Positions 51,956 through 64,000 of a stretch of 64,000 bases of DNA are shown in pieces (position 1 is the first letter of the stretch; each line of letters opens with the position of its first letter). The translations under genes were made by a program, and so were the position numbers. Below the pieces are notes generated by a model. It did no database searches and was not told the DNA's origin. It was given only the letters and a program-made list of their open reading frames with translations. The stretch is from Caecitellus pseudoparvulus (Eukaryota > Protista > Bigyra: Bicosoecida). The stretch lies in assembly GCA_965644315.1 (NCBI GenBank), contig CBFFRQ010000013.1:620001-684000 (forward strand), read 5' to 3'.

Positions 51956-52623
51956 ATGGGTCGCTTCACGAGTCTGCAGACCTGTGAGTGTGCAGTGAAA
52001 CGCCGAGCAAACGCCTTGCCCGCCCCGTGCTTCACTGCGCTCCTGCCACGTATGCCACAGACACGGACAATAATCCAAACTTGAAGCCCGTCGAATATGA
52101 CGCGGTGAAGGGTGCTGATGGCAAGAAGCTCGTCATTCCTCGTGTCTCCCACCCGCACAGCAGCTCGGCTGGCGCAAGCAGCACACGCTTTCATGAATAC
52201 CGCCGGCATCGTGAGTTCGAGCGAGCCTACGAAAAAATGCTGGACGAGACAGATAAGGAGAAACGGGAGCAAGCTGCATTCCACGAAAAGGCCTCCAAGT
52301 CCGCGGCTGAAGCGGAAGCGAAGACGGCCAAGAGGGCTGCCAAGCGCAAGCGCAAGAAGGCCAAGGCAGCCGCAGCCCGCGCGAAGCCCGCGCCAACCCA
52401 GGCTGCACCCCCTGCAGTCTCCAGTCAGACTGCAGATAGTGTTGGTGCCAGTCAAGGGGCAGAGCCTGTCCCAGATGACATCAGCATCACCTCTGCTGAG
52501 GCCAGGGAGCTGCTGGGAGATGCCGACGGGTCCGACCTCCCACCACCTCCCACTGCCAAGCGGCCGAGGGGCGGCGCCACTGCAGATGCGGGTGAAGCCA
52601 GGGCAGCTAGCCTTCGTTCCTAG
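51956..52623 (+). CDS. PRKRIP1: PRKR-interacting protein 1 (DUF1168) homolog
   Basis: MGRFTSLQT|YTDNNPN...; SSSAGASSTRFHEYRRHREFE; KTAKRAAKRKRKK. One intron (about 51984-52060). Confidence 0.82.
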
Positions 52624-54582
52624 TTACGCGTCTTCGTCCTCGTAGTGAATGTCCACGTCCCGTCTCGCGCGGCGGGCTCGCTTCGCAGCTGCCGCAGCTG
52701 CTGCAACGCCCGCTGCCACGCTGCCAGGCCTCGCCCGTTTGCCTGCGACGGGCTTGCCATGTGTGTCTCTGGGCTCTGGTTGGCTGGGCGCATGCACTGT
52801 GGGTGTCGGTGTCGTGTCGACAGTCGTGGGGGACCCTGCGCGCTGCGCCTCTGGTGCAGGAGGGGGGCCTTCGGGCGCTGTCTGCACAGGCGTGTGCTCT
52901 GCCACCTCAGCAACCTCCTGCAACGTCACCCCTTGCGCTGTGCCTTGTCCTCCATCATGATGGCTTCTACCTGCCTCTGGGCCTGGCTTCTCTTCCTCGT
53001 GTGTAGCTGCTGGCCGACTGGGCGTTCCTGCATCAGCACTTTCTTGTGCCGTAGTGTCAGGCCCGCCCATCTCACTCCGTGCGCCGTCATGCGGCTCGTC
53101 CACGACACGCAGCACTTGTCTGAGGTAGTGCACCACCTTTTGCAGCTCGGCCACTCGCGCTGCAGCCGCACGCTCATCTGCCTCTGCCTGCTGCAGCGCC
53201 CCCGCCTGCACAAGCGTGTCCAGCTCCTCACCGGTGGACACCTGCCCCTGTGCTGACTGAGCTTTCACCCGCTCAGCTGCACTCAGATGGGCGCTCTCTG
53301 CCTCGCGCACCTGGCTCAGCGTCGCTTCCAGACGAGCTCGCAGAGAGGAAGCGCTCTCCACTGCGCCCAGCTGAATAGGGGCAGGGGCGCTCGTTGAGGC
53401 CGCTCTGGACTCGGCGGCTGCTGGCCGAGTCTTCAAGAACGACAGCGTGCTCGAGGAGCGGCCTCGGCCAGCACCACGCTTGCTGCTGAATGTGACAGGC
53501 GCCCAGGCTGCGCGCTTCACGGCACTCGCCCCCCCCAGCGGCACCCCCGCGTCGTCAAAGTCACCGTCGGACATCTGCATGGCCAGCTTCTCCTGGCGGC
53601 TGCCTTCATTCACTGCTGCCGTGCCAGCCCGTGCCTTGAATGCAGTTGTACTGGGCCCTCGCCCACCCCCAGCCCCCCCTTGGCTGGCCTTGCGCAGGCG
53701 TGCCCGCATGCGGCTGCGAATGCGCTCCTCGCCCTCCTCCACACGAGCTTCGGCGGCCGCCACGCCAGCCTGCAAACCGGCCAAGGCGCGGGCTTGCCCC
53801 TCACTGAACTCAGCCCCGCCCCGAGCACTGGCTGCTTGCTTGTCCAGTAACCGCTGCTGTGCTGCACGCGCCTTGTCCAGGGACGCGCGATGCTGCTGCA
53901 GCTGCTTCAACAGCGGCAAGTCGTTGGCATGCACAGTGGACTCGTTCAGCTCCATGTCCTCCACATCGTCGATGAGGCGCTGCTCAGCAGCGGTTGCTGC
54001 CTCTTTTGAATCGTTCACGGAGCCTACCAAGCCCTCCTGCCTGGGTGTGCCGGCAGGTGGCCCACGTTTGGTCGCGGCCGCGGCAGCCGCCCGTTTTGCA
54101 GCGAGAGCAGGTGACTCCAGCTCTTCCCCGCGGAGGTCGTCAGGGCCCTGCAAGACGTAGGTCCGAGAAGATGTGCCGAGGCGGAGCACACTCCCCACTG
54201 GCATCAATGTGAACTTCCACGGCTCCAACTTGGCTCGATTCAGCCAGGTCCCATGGGCACTTGCCAGGTCCACCACGTACAGCTCCCCGTGCTCCCCGAA
54301 TTGGAGGGCTGCATGTTGTCGAGACACGGTAGTCCCTAGCACGAGTGTCTGCGCGTCACGGCCTGCGAATGGATTCCAGGGAAAACGGGCATCAGTGCAG
54401 CGTGATCCGCAGGCAAGGAGCAGCTTGGTAGAGTGATTTCCGCACACGCCCTACCCACCAAGCACGAAGAAAGCCCGCGTAGACAAGTCGATCGTCTCCA
54501 CGAGCACACCACTTTGGATTACTTCCAAGGAACACTCGTACTTGGGTGGTGTGCTCCAGTCAGGCGGCGTGTACTTGCTCAT
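52624..54582 (-). CDS. Kanadaptin (SLC4A1AP)-like FHA-domain protein
   Basis: YTPPDWS...SLEVIQSGVLVETIDL...FVLG|RD...VSRQHAALQF...YVVDLASAHGTWLN...LRLGTSSRTYVLQGP; coiled coils and ESASSLRARL. One intron. Confidence 0.8.
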
Positions 54583-54725
54583 GATGCGATGCGTGCGAGC
54601 CTGCCTCTCAACTGGTGCTCCCACACTCAGCGGCAGGCCAGTCACAAAACATCGACACAGTCAGCAGAGCCGAATGCCCAGGAGCAGACGAGGCACACAG
54701 ATACCCCTCGCTTCTTATTTGTCTG
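54583..54725. promoter_or_regulatory. Very short bidirectional promoter region (143 nt)
   Basis: Lies between divergent ATGs at 54582 (-) and 54726 (+). Positional inference. Confidence 0.45.
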
Positions 54726-55818
54726 ATGATGGCGGCCGCTGCAGCTGGCGCTGGCCGCGTGCTCGTAACTCGCCGCTTGCCAACCCCAGTGCTGGACAAG
54801 CTGCGAGGGGCGGCACTTGATTTGGTGTACCATGACAGCGATGAGCCCATGCCTCGAGAGGCCTTGCAAGAAGCCGCGAAGGGTGGCTTGGCAGGCATCT
54901 ATTGTTTGCTGAGCGACAGCATTGACGCAGACATTATCAAGGCTGCAGGTGGGCTACGCTGTGCGGAATTCCCTTGCGCTTTATCTGCTGAGCACTGCCC
55001 TGCCACCTCCCCACCACTTTCCAGGGGAAGGCTTGAAGGTTGTCGCCACGATGAGCGCCGGGTACAACCACATTGACGTCGATCAGTGCAATGCCAGTGG
55101 CGTCGCGGTGGGGTACACCCCAGATGTCCTGTCTGAGACGACGGCAGACTTGGCTGTGGCCCTGGCGCTGAGTGCAGCGCGGCGCGTGGTGGAAGCTGCT
55201 GACGCCGTCAAGGCGGGCAAGTGGACCTCGTGGAAGCCCATGTGGCTCACAGGCAAGGATGTCTTTGGCAGCACAGTGGGCATCGTTGGCCTGGGCAGCA
55301 TCGGCGCCGCCATTGCGCGGCGCCTGAAGGGCTTCGGCTGCACCCTGCAGTACACCGGCGGCTCAGGCCCGAAGCCATCCGTCGCCGACCCACTGGGGGC
55401 GACGCACACTGACCTAGACACGCTGCTGAGCACATCTGACTTTGTCATTCTCTCCTGTGCCCTCACCCCTGCGACGCGGCACTTGATTGATGAGGCTGCA
55501 TTGGGCAAGATGAAGTCAGACGCTGTGCTCGTGAATATCGCACGGGGAGAGGTGGTGGACCAGGATGCGCTGGTCAAGGTACTGCAGGAAGGGGGCATCT
55601 ATGCCGCAGGGCTGGATGTCACCACCCCTGAGCCCCTGGATGCAGGCCATCCGCTCTTGTCCCTGCCCAATGCTGTGGTGCTGCCGCACATTGGCTCTGC
55701 GTCCCACGACACACGCATGCTCATCGCCAACATGGCAGCGGACAACATCATCGCAGGGGTGGCTGGGCAAGCGCTGCCCCACCCAGTCCCTGCCTCTAAC
55801 CCCGCTGGCCAGGCATGA
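54726..55818 (+). CDS. GRHPR: Glyoxylate reductase/hydroxypyruvate reductase (D-2-hydroxyacid dehydrogenase)
   Basis: RVLVTRRLP; TMSAGYNHID; GYTPDVLSETTADLA; VGIVGLGSIG; VNIARGEVVDQ; AGLDVTTPEP; LPHIGSA. One intron (about 54948-55025). Confidence 0.93.
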
Positions 55819-55825
55819 GGGCGCA

Positions 55826-57942
55826 TCACCCCTCCGTCGCCTCGGCCTCCTCCCCGTCCCCGTCCGCCTCTGCCACCACTGGCAAGGGCGCGGGGGCGGG
55901 GGCGGGGGCCTCATACCCCTCCGTTTTCATGTCGGTGATCCCGAGCAGCAGGTCGTCCTCTGCAGAGCGAGTGTACTCCTCCATGCTCAAGCGAGGGTCG
56001 TGACCCTTCTCCCCTGTCTCCTCGTCGTCGAAGGGGGACCAGATGTAGCTGGAGCTCAGCGGGTCGCGCATGATCAATGTAAACGGAATGGCGCCCTCCT
56101 TGCACTGCAAAAACTTGTCGAACCATGCCAGAAAGCCAGCAGGGTCGTCTGCAGCAGGGCTGGCAGCAGCTGTGCCTTCTGTGGCCGCCGCACTGCCCGG
56201 CACGACAGCTCCCTTGGCAGAGTCGCCCGCCTCCAGCACAAAGCGGTTGCTGGCACGCAGGCGCTCTTCAATGCTGCCCAGCAGGCCCTCCACTGTCGTG
56301 TACATGCCGCCCAGGGAGCCGTGCTCCATCTCGAACTCCAACTCCGGGATCTCCACGCTGGCAGAGTCGGATTTGATGCAGTCTCGCCGCAGGTCCACAG
56401 CCATGTCTTCGCCGGGGGTGAGCTTCAAAGTGTGCACCGTGCCCTTCTCGGGAATGGCGCCCCCTGCCTTCACCTCCACGTCGCGGTGCCCGCACTGCTC
56501 GCAAGAGAAGGCCATGATGATGATCTCTCGGAAGTGGGGCACGTCAGTGACGCACATGCGCGTCTCTCCAGGCGCCGCGCAGGCATGGCAGGAGACAGGG
56601 AAGGCCATCACTTCCTTCAGGTTTGACTCCCGGGAGGAGTCAAAAATCAGGCCTTGCAGTTCTCCAGACGAGGAGTACGAGGCAGAAGCAGAGGCAGGGC
56701 CGGCGGCGCCCTCTCGCCCCGCCACCGTCGCCGCTGCGTGCCCAGTTGCCTGCGTGATGAGGGCTCCGTGCCGTGAGAACCGCGCGTCCTTGTGCGTGAC
56801 CGTGGCTCGGTCGGTGTTGTGACTGACCGCCTGGGAGCCAGACAGGACGCCAGTGTGAATGGACCACTCAGTCCGCTCGGGCGGGCCAGCCGCCTTGTCG
56901 TCCAAGTCGCCCATGCCCGCCGTGGCGGCAGTGCTGTCGCCCATGCCTGCCGAGGCATTCTCAGCGTACAGGCCCAGCGCGTGGTTCTGCTCCACGTTGC
57001 GGGTGTAGTACGTCGCCGTCAGATGTGGGTCTGGGGTGGGGGCTTGAGGGTTCTCCATGAAAGAGTTTCCGCTGGGGTCGTCCAGGATGACTGTGTAAGG
57101 CATGGCTTCTGGAGTGACCAGCGCCTTGAGCTTTTCCATGAAAGCCTCCAGCTTCACTGCTTCCTCGGGCGCCTGGGCCTTGTACAGGGGGAGGGTGATC
57201 TCCAGGTCTTCTGCAGCTTTCATGAGCACGCCTTCCAGCGTGGTGAACACTCCCTGCTGCGTGCGCTTGGGGATTTCGAACCCGATGTGCGGAATGTGCA
57301 CCACTCCATTGTTAGACTTGATCAGTTGGCGGTTCAGATCCTGCAGCGACGGGGGCAGGCACGCGGTGGGAGGCGCCCAGAGGGCGCAGAACGCATGCTC
57401 GAAAGGCCCGGCGTTTCGCCCATGTTCCGCAGGCCACGCCAGCCGTGCCGAGAACGGCGGACTCTTCGCCTTTCTAGACTGCTGAGTGCACCGCAGAACA
57501 GGACACATACCTGTGGAGTCTCCACGCGCACTGTGAAGCGGCAGCCTTTCTCCTGCATCTCAGCCTCCTGCACTTCGCTGGACCGGTGCCCACACTCGCC
57601 ACACCGAAACGACATGATGATGACGTCCCTGAAGAAGGGAATGTGAGTCATGAAGATGCTGGTCTTCCCGTTTTCTTCACAGGCAACACAGAGGCTGGGC
57701 ACCACCGTGATGTCCTTCATCACCTTGCTCTTCACCAGCTCATCATCGCTGTCCTCCTCCAGCAAGCCGTCATCCTCAGCGTCGCCTGCCCCGGTCCCAG
57801 ACTCAGCCGTCTCGCCAATGGGGCGGAACATGCTCTCTGGCTCTGACTCCTCCGGAGCAGCAGGGGCTGCTGTGGCAGCCTCGGGGACCGGTGCTGCAGC
57901 AGCAGGCTCTGCAGCCGGTGCGGCAGCGCCGTCGGAGGCCAT
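55826..57942 (-). CDS. ZPR1: Zinc-finger protein ZPR1
   Basis: Two ZPR1 modules: SLCVACEENG...IPFFRDVIIMSFRCGECGH and CHACAAPG...VPHFREIIIMAFSCEQCGH; DLNRQLIKS; TTLEG; DDPSGNSF. One intron (about 57510-57341). Confidence 0.95.
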
Positions 57943-58328
57943 GGATGCAAGCAGGCAGTGAGGCGTGAGCAAGGCGCGACACAGCCAACACAGGGTTTAC
58001 AGGCAGGAGGGAAGGAATGCGTAAGCATCCAGCAGCAAGGTAGTGAGGGAGGTCTCGTGGTTAAGTTTGCTGGCTCAGGGCTGTCTGTTCGACTGGGGGT
58101 GCACCGTGCCTGTCGCGGCTCGCGGACCCCCCTCACGACCCCCCTCCCCGACACCTAATGCTGTTTGAGCCTGCACCCACGAGTCCGGCGCCGCTCAAAA
58201 TCGCGAACCTGTCCACTCGACCAGTGTACCGCCTCATTGTGTCTCTCCCTCACCACCGACACAGCCAATTGCACGTGGTCGCGCGCTCTGCTGGAGACCC
58301 ACACTCACAGGAAGCAGCCCCCACAAAC

Positions 58329-61300
58329 ATGTCTGCAGGAGCAGCCGCCTCAGGGCCTGGAAAGCACGACAGTGGTGTGGATGAAGATCTCTACTCTCGA
58401 CAGCTCGCTGTCTTTGGCGCCGAGACGTGAGTTGCGCTGTGCCAGCGGCACGTCCAGGCACGCTTGGCGTGTTGAGGAAAGGCGCAGGCGTTCTCCCTCA
58501 CCTGCGGCAACCCCCCACCCACCCTTGGCGTTGCAGAATGGGCAAGCTGATGCAGCTGAAGGTCCTCATCATCGGTATGCGTGGATCTGGTGTGGAGACT
58601 GGTGCGTGGGCTCGGCGTCACTGACACACCCACAGCTTTGGCGTGGTGGCTCGCACTGCCTCCGCTGCACTGCCCCACCGCCACCTCCACAGCCAAGAAC
58701 CTCGTCCTTGCTGGCCCCAAGAGCCTGGACATTTTTGATGATGCGCCTGTCGCGCTGCCTGATCTCGGGAACAACGTACGTGCCCACCAGGCGGCGCCCA
58801 GGCGTCCCGCGCTTCCACACCATCGCTCTGGTCGCCTGAGCACAGTTCTACCTGGGCGAAAAGGACGTGGGCCGGCGCCGCGACGAAGCCACCCTCGACC
58901 AACTGGCAGACTTGAACAAGTATGTCAAGGTCCAGCGCCTGGAGTCCCTGGAGGGCATGGACTTCGCCGCGTACAACATCGTCGTGGCATGTGACCAGCC
59001 GCAGGACAAGTGTGTGGCTTGGAACGCTGCTGCCCGCGCAGCGGGCGCTGCCTTTGTGCTGGCAGACGTGGCTGGCGCCACTGCACGAGTGTTTGTGGAC
59101 TTTGGTGACAGCCACCACGTCCTGGACGCAGATGGAGAGAACCCCAGGGTGGCCATCATCTCCGGCATGGTGCCCGTGGAGGGTGGTGCCTTGAAGGTGT
59201 TCTGCGATGGCCGCTCTCGCCTGCACGACGGCGATTACGTCACGTTCAAGGAGGTCAGTGGCGCAAGCCAGTTGAACGAGGCGGGGCCTCTCCCCATCAC
59301 GGACGTGTCCTTTGACACCACCTCCTTCCACATTCCTGCCGACAAGGTGCCGGCCGGGCTGGGTGCGTACGAGGGCCCCGGCGGCATCGCCACGCAGACC
59401 AAAGTGCCCCAGCAGAAGACCTTCAAGTCCCTCGCTGACAGCCTGGACACTCCGTTCCCAGCTGATGCCCAGGGGGGCATTGCCATCGTCGACTTCAGCA
59501 AGATGGGCCGCTCCTACACGCTGCATGCGGCGTACCAGGGCTTGGCAGCGTACGCCAGCGCCCACCCAGACGCACCACTGCCGCCGCCTCATGACGCGGC
59601 TGCCATGGCAGAGGTGCTGGCAGCCACCACTGCCTTCGTCAAGGCCCAGCAGGGCAAGGAGGACGTCGTGCAGCAGTGGACTGAGACAGCCTGGCAGCCC
59701 CCTCCTGACGTGGACGCCGAGGTGGTGGAGAGCACGGCAAGGTACGCGGGGGTGCAGCTGCCAGGTCTCTCAGCCTTCGTCGGTGGTGTTGCTGCACAGG
59801 AAATCGTGAAGCTGACGGGCAAGTACACCCCGCTGCGGCAGTGGCTGTATTGGGATGTGTTCGAGGCTCTGCCCAAGCCAGAGCCTGCCGCTACCTTTGC
59901 GCCCACTGGGGACCGGTACGAGTTCTCCCACGTCCTCTTTGGGGCAGACATCACGAAGCGTGTGCGTGAGCAGCGTGTGTTCCTCGTGGGCGCGGGCGCA
60001 CTGGGGTGCGAGTACTTGAAGTCCTTCGCCCAGGCGGGTGTCGGCACGCTGGGCAAGGGCAAGATCACTGTGACGGACATGGACAACATTGAGACGAGCA
60101 ACTTGAACCGCCAGTTCCTGTTCCGCAACAAGGATGTCGGGCAGCCCAAGAGCGTGTGTGGTGCTGCCGCGGCGCAGGCCATGAACCCGGACCTGCAGGG
60201 ACGGGTGGTGGCGCTGGAGGAGCGCGTGGGTGCGGACACAGAGGATTTCTTCGACGATGCGTTCTGGGGCGAGGTGGACCTGGTCGTGAATGCCCTGGAC
60301 AACGTGCCGGCCCGGCAGTACATGGACTCCCGCTGTGTGTGGTACGAGAAGTCCCTGCTGGAGTCAGGGACGTTGGGCACCAAGGGGAACACCATGCCCA
60401 TCATCGCCCGTCTGACCAAGACGTACAATGACACCCAGGACGTGAAGGGCGACGCCATCCCCATGTGCACGCTGAAGAACTTCCCCTTCCAAATCGAGCA
60501 CTGCATCGAGTGGGCGCGGGACCAGTTCGAGGGCATGTTCACGCAGAGCATCGCCGAGGCGCGCTCCTTTGCCTCAGACCCCGCTGCCTGGATCGCAGAG
60601 TGGGAGGCAGAGATGGCCAAGCTGGGCCCTGGCTCAGCGCGCACCAAGGCTGCCGCCATGCTGCCTGTGCTGAGCGCCTGCAAGACAGCGACGTGGGAGA
60701 AGTGCGTGCACCTGGCCCGCTCCAAGTTCGAGGTGGTGTTCGCTGACCGCATCAAGCAGCTGACGCACAACTTCCCTGAGGACAAGCGCACTGCAAATGG
60801 GGCCCTGTTCTGGAGTGGCAAGCGCCGCTTCCCTGCGCCGGCAGCCTTCGATGCCTCGGAGCCCCTGCACTGCGCGTACGTGTCGCACGGTGCCGCCCTG
60901 CTGGCCAACTGCTTCGGCGTGCCACTCCCAGCAGACTGGAACAACCCCGAGGCCTTGGGTAAGGCGTGCGCGACGCTGGACCTGCCGGAGTGGGCGCCCA
61001 AGAAGGAGGTCATCAAGACGGATGAGGACGGGGACGACGTCAAGGAGGGTGCCGCCGACGATGAGAGCGTCGTGCAGCAGCAAGCCAAGCAGCTGGCAGA
61101 GCTTGCCGCGGGGGATGCTGCCAGCCTTACCAGCCTTGCTGAGAAGCTGACACCGGAAGAGTTCGAGAAGGACGACGATTCCAACCACCACATCGACTTC
61201 ATCACGGCTGCCTCCAACCTGCGAGCCTTGAACTACCGCATTGACGTCTTGTCCCGCCACGAGACGAAGGTCATTGCTGGCAAGATCACCCCTGCCATCG

Positions 61301-61929
61301 CCACCACCACCTGCGCTGTGACGGGCCTGAACATGGTCGAGTTCTACAAGCTGGTGCAGTTCAACGCCGGCGTTGGCATCGAGCGCAAGGTTGAGGTCAC
61401 GCGGGAGTGCAACTTTAACTTGGCCATCTCCCAGTACACCCTGTTCGAAGCAGCACCCAACGCAAAGGAGCTGTCTCGGGAAGACGAAGTGACTCTCAGC
61501 GATTACCGCTGTGTGCCCGAGGGCTTCACGAAGTGGGACAAGCTCGAGGTGCCCGTCGGCGCCACCGACTTGACGTTGCAGGGCGTCTTTGACTACGTGG
61601 TGGGCTGGGCAGCCGAGAAGAGCTTGACCGACAGCCCTGACAAGCCAGACCTGGACTCCTTCGAAGCCGGGGATTGCAAGCCTTTCTTGCTGGGGTCGCA
61701 GGGCAAGGTGTTCTTCGACGCTGGCACAGAGAGCACCCACGCGCGCATGTCCCGCAACGTGTTTGAGTTGTACCATGAGCTCGTGGAGGAGAAGGGTGGG
61801 CCAAAGCTGCAGGGCGACTGCCTGGTCATGCACTCCTTCGGAATCACCACGGAGGGTGGCGACGACATTCTCGTCCCGACAGTCGTCGTCAAGAAGCCTG
61901 GCACTGGTGCTGGCACAGCCGCAGAGTGA
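58329..61929 (+). CDS. UBA1: Ubiquitin-activating enzyme E1
   Basis: DEDLYSRQL; GSGVETAKNLVLAG; FLVGAGALGCE; DMDNIETSNLNRQFLFR; ALDNVPARQYMD; catalytic Cys in IPMCTLKNFP; FEKDDDSNHHIDF; IAGKITPAIATTT. Three 5' introns. Confidence 0.96.
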
Positions 61930-62088
61930 ATGCAATTCTTTTCGAAAACTAATGAATAAATAAGGTGCTGCCTGCCCCCTTCCTTAACACACAGAGCTTC
62001 CTACTTGCTGTGAAGCCCTTTCCTGGGCGGGAAGTGGCGGCACCAGGTGCTGAGTTTCCTCCGCGTTTCGTTCAGGCCACGCGCAGGC

Positions 62089-64000
62089 ATGGCTGCCGTG
62101 AGCAAGGCTGCCACCGGCATGGGGAGTGCCGCGGTGCACAAGGGCTTCGAATGGTTTCGGTCCATCGGCAGCCCAGCTTTCTTTGTGGCTCCCATGGTCG
62201 CACACAGCGAGCTCGCGTATCGCCTGCTGTGCCGAGAATACGGTGCTCAGATGACGGTGACGCCCATGATCCACGCCAAGTGCGTGGACACCCGCACTCC
62301 CCGCACTGCAATCGCGTCGGAAGTACCCCATGCACGTCATGCGCTTGCAGGAAGTTCCTGACCTCCACCACCCTCCAGCGCTCCTTCTTCGACGCATGGT
62401 CTTCTGACAACCCCCTCACCGTGCAGTTCTGCGCAAACGACCCAGACGAGCTGGTCGCTGCCGCAAAACTCGTGCAGCATGCTTGTGTCGCTGTGGACAT
62501 CAACCTGGGATGCCCGCAAGGTATTGCTCGCAAGGGCTTTTACGGCGCTTTCCTCTTGGAGCACGTGGAGCTGGTGGCGGCCATGGTCAAGCGTTGCGCC
62601 GAGGAGCTCACCGTGCCAGTCACGTGCAAGATCCGCGTGCTGCCTGACGAAGCTGACACCATGAGGCTGGTGGATGCCATCGTTGAAGCAGGGGCCAGCT
62701 TGCTGACGGTACATGGCCGCACGCGGCAGGAGAACAAGACGCTGGCAGTCGAGGCCCACTGGGATGCCATCCGTGCCATCAAGCAGCGCGTGCCCATTCC
62801 AGTTATTGCCAATGGCGGCATGTTCAACCAAGCTGACATTGCGAGATGCCTGCATGAGACGGGCGCAGATGGCGTCATGCTGTCTGAAGCAGTGCTGGAG
62901 AACCCCAGCGTGTTTTCAGGCGGCGTGCACCTGCCGTCTGGTCGCGTACACAACGCACTGGACATGACATGGAGGTACTTGGAAATCGCTGAGGCGGTGG
63001 GTGCAAGGTGGAAACACGTGCAAGGGCACACACTGAAAATGCTGTATGGAGGTCTGTCCCAGCACGCTGACCTGCAGCAAGCGCTGCCGAAGGTGCCGTA
63101 CAAGCAGCAGTATGCGGGCGTGCGCCGCATCGTGCGGGAGCTGGCAGCTCGCTTTGACGTGCCTCTCCACGACACCCCCCTCACACACACACTGCTGCCC
63201 CCCGATGACGTCAGTGCTGACCGCATCCTGTGGCAAGTGCGCTCGGCAGCCCAGGAAGCGTTCATGGCCGCTCAGACGAAGCATGACCGAGCAAACATGA
63301 CCCTGCCTCTTGTGCGTGCCAGGGATGAGGCCCTGGCGGCAGCAGCAGCGGCTGTCATGGAGCATGGCAAGGTGCGAGTCCCCTGCCTTCCACTGCCAGT
63401 GTGCGCCGAGGTAGCTGCGGCAGCCATGCGATTGCCTGCCGTGCCCACTGCCCCTGCCAGCGCAGCCTCCCGTCACTTGGCTGAGCAGGCAGCAGCTGTA
63501 CAGCAACCTCCTCCTGCGGAGGGCAGTGGTCTGACGAGGGGCCAGCAGCCAATGCCTCCACTCTGCACCCCACGCCCCTACTTCATGCGGGAGGTGGTGG
63601 CTTGGGCCAGTGGGGACAGAGTGACCAAGGCAGCCATGGAGCTCGCCCACCCCACAGACATCACCTTCCCGCGGCCGGGTATGTGGTACTACCGGCACGC
63701 ACCACGAGTCATCGCTGCGGCCTTGGCACCTTGTGCCACGGCTGCAGAAGCCATGCTGGACATCGCCATGGCCCGGGCTGCTCGCTTTCGCACGCACGTG
63801 GTGCGGGATGCGGGTGCCCTCAAAGCATACCTGCTTGCCAAGCATGGGCAGGCCCTGGGAGTTTCCAGCACTCATGTGCACCCTTGTAAGCCACCATGCC
63901 GGGGGTATTCAGTGCTCCCTGCTTCTCTCCCGGCAGTGTACTCCTGCCCGCCCTCGTCAGCTGCTTCTCTGCAGGAAGACGAGCCTGCACTGACCAGCGC
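62089..64000 (+). CDS. DUS1: tRNA-dihydrouridine synthase, DUS1-like (partial; runs off the right edge)
   Basis: FVAPMVAHSELAYRLLCREYGA...TPMIHAK; intron; PLTVQFCANDP; DINLGCPQGIARKGFYGAFL; PVTCKIR; LTVHGRTR; PVIANGG. The frame stays open through a long Ala-rich extension. Confidence 0.9.

Noticed and set aside
55885-55912. G-rich (GGGGGC)n tract, and C-run at about 8992-9002
   Set aside because: The first encodes the APAPAPAP tail of ZPR1; the second is a short homopolymer. Neither is telomeric or an array.
1-64000. Prokaryotic defence systems, CRISPR arrays, operons, prophage
   Set aside because: The window is eukaryotic (spliceosomal introns, UBA1, cohesin, WDR33). I saw no short regularly spaced repeats, cas, integrase or phage genes.
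45009-64000. Run of RNA-processing and housekeeping genes (NOC3, WDR33, PRKRIP1, FHA, ZPR1, UBA1, DUS1) as a functional cluster
   Set aside because: Mixed pathways and orientations, as expected by chance in a compact genome.

Overview
Eukaryotic nuclear DNA, not prokaryotic: GC-rich (about 65% by eye), very gene-dense (about 28 protein-coding genes in 64 kb), with short GT-AG spliceosomal introns (mostly 65-100 nt) clustered near 5' ends. DRC3 implies a flagellated organism; the overall style suggests a heterotrophic protist such as a bigyran stramenopile (inference only). Gene order: tandem-GAF protein (probable PDE, runs off the left edge), WW-WW-CNBx3 AGC kinase, calcyphosin-like, class-3 lipase, SLOG-like+ASCH fusion, WD40, NIP7, DBHS/NONO-like RRM protein, RsmJ-like methyltransferase, NAA60-like GNAT, two tandem GBPs, SCC3/STAG, DRC3, ankyrin protein, CCDC137-like, duplicated GT-like protein, RING protein, Zim17/DNLZ, NOC3, unknown, WDR33, PRKRIP1, kanadaptin-like FHA, GRHPR, ZPR1, UBA1 and DUS1 (runs off the right edge). 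I found no rRNA, tRNA, CRISPR or transposon signal. The most notable observations are: (1) a recurrent AATGCA hexamer just past at least 11 stop codons, a candidate non-canonical poly(A) signal, with a divergent WDR33 in the same window; (2) an apparent DBHS (NONO/SFPQ) protein with a NOPS region outside animals; (3) a SLOG-like/ASCH fusion; (4) a PKG-architecture kinase with cAMP-type cassettes and WW domains beside a GAF-GAF gene; (5) near-identical tandem GBPs with divergent tails; (6) convergent genes with abutting or overlapping stops. All gene models and family calls were made by eye from motifs, with no database search.
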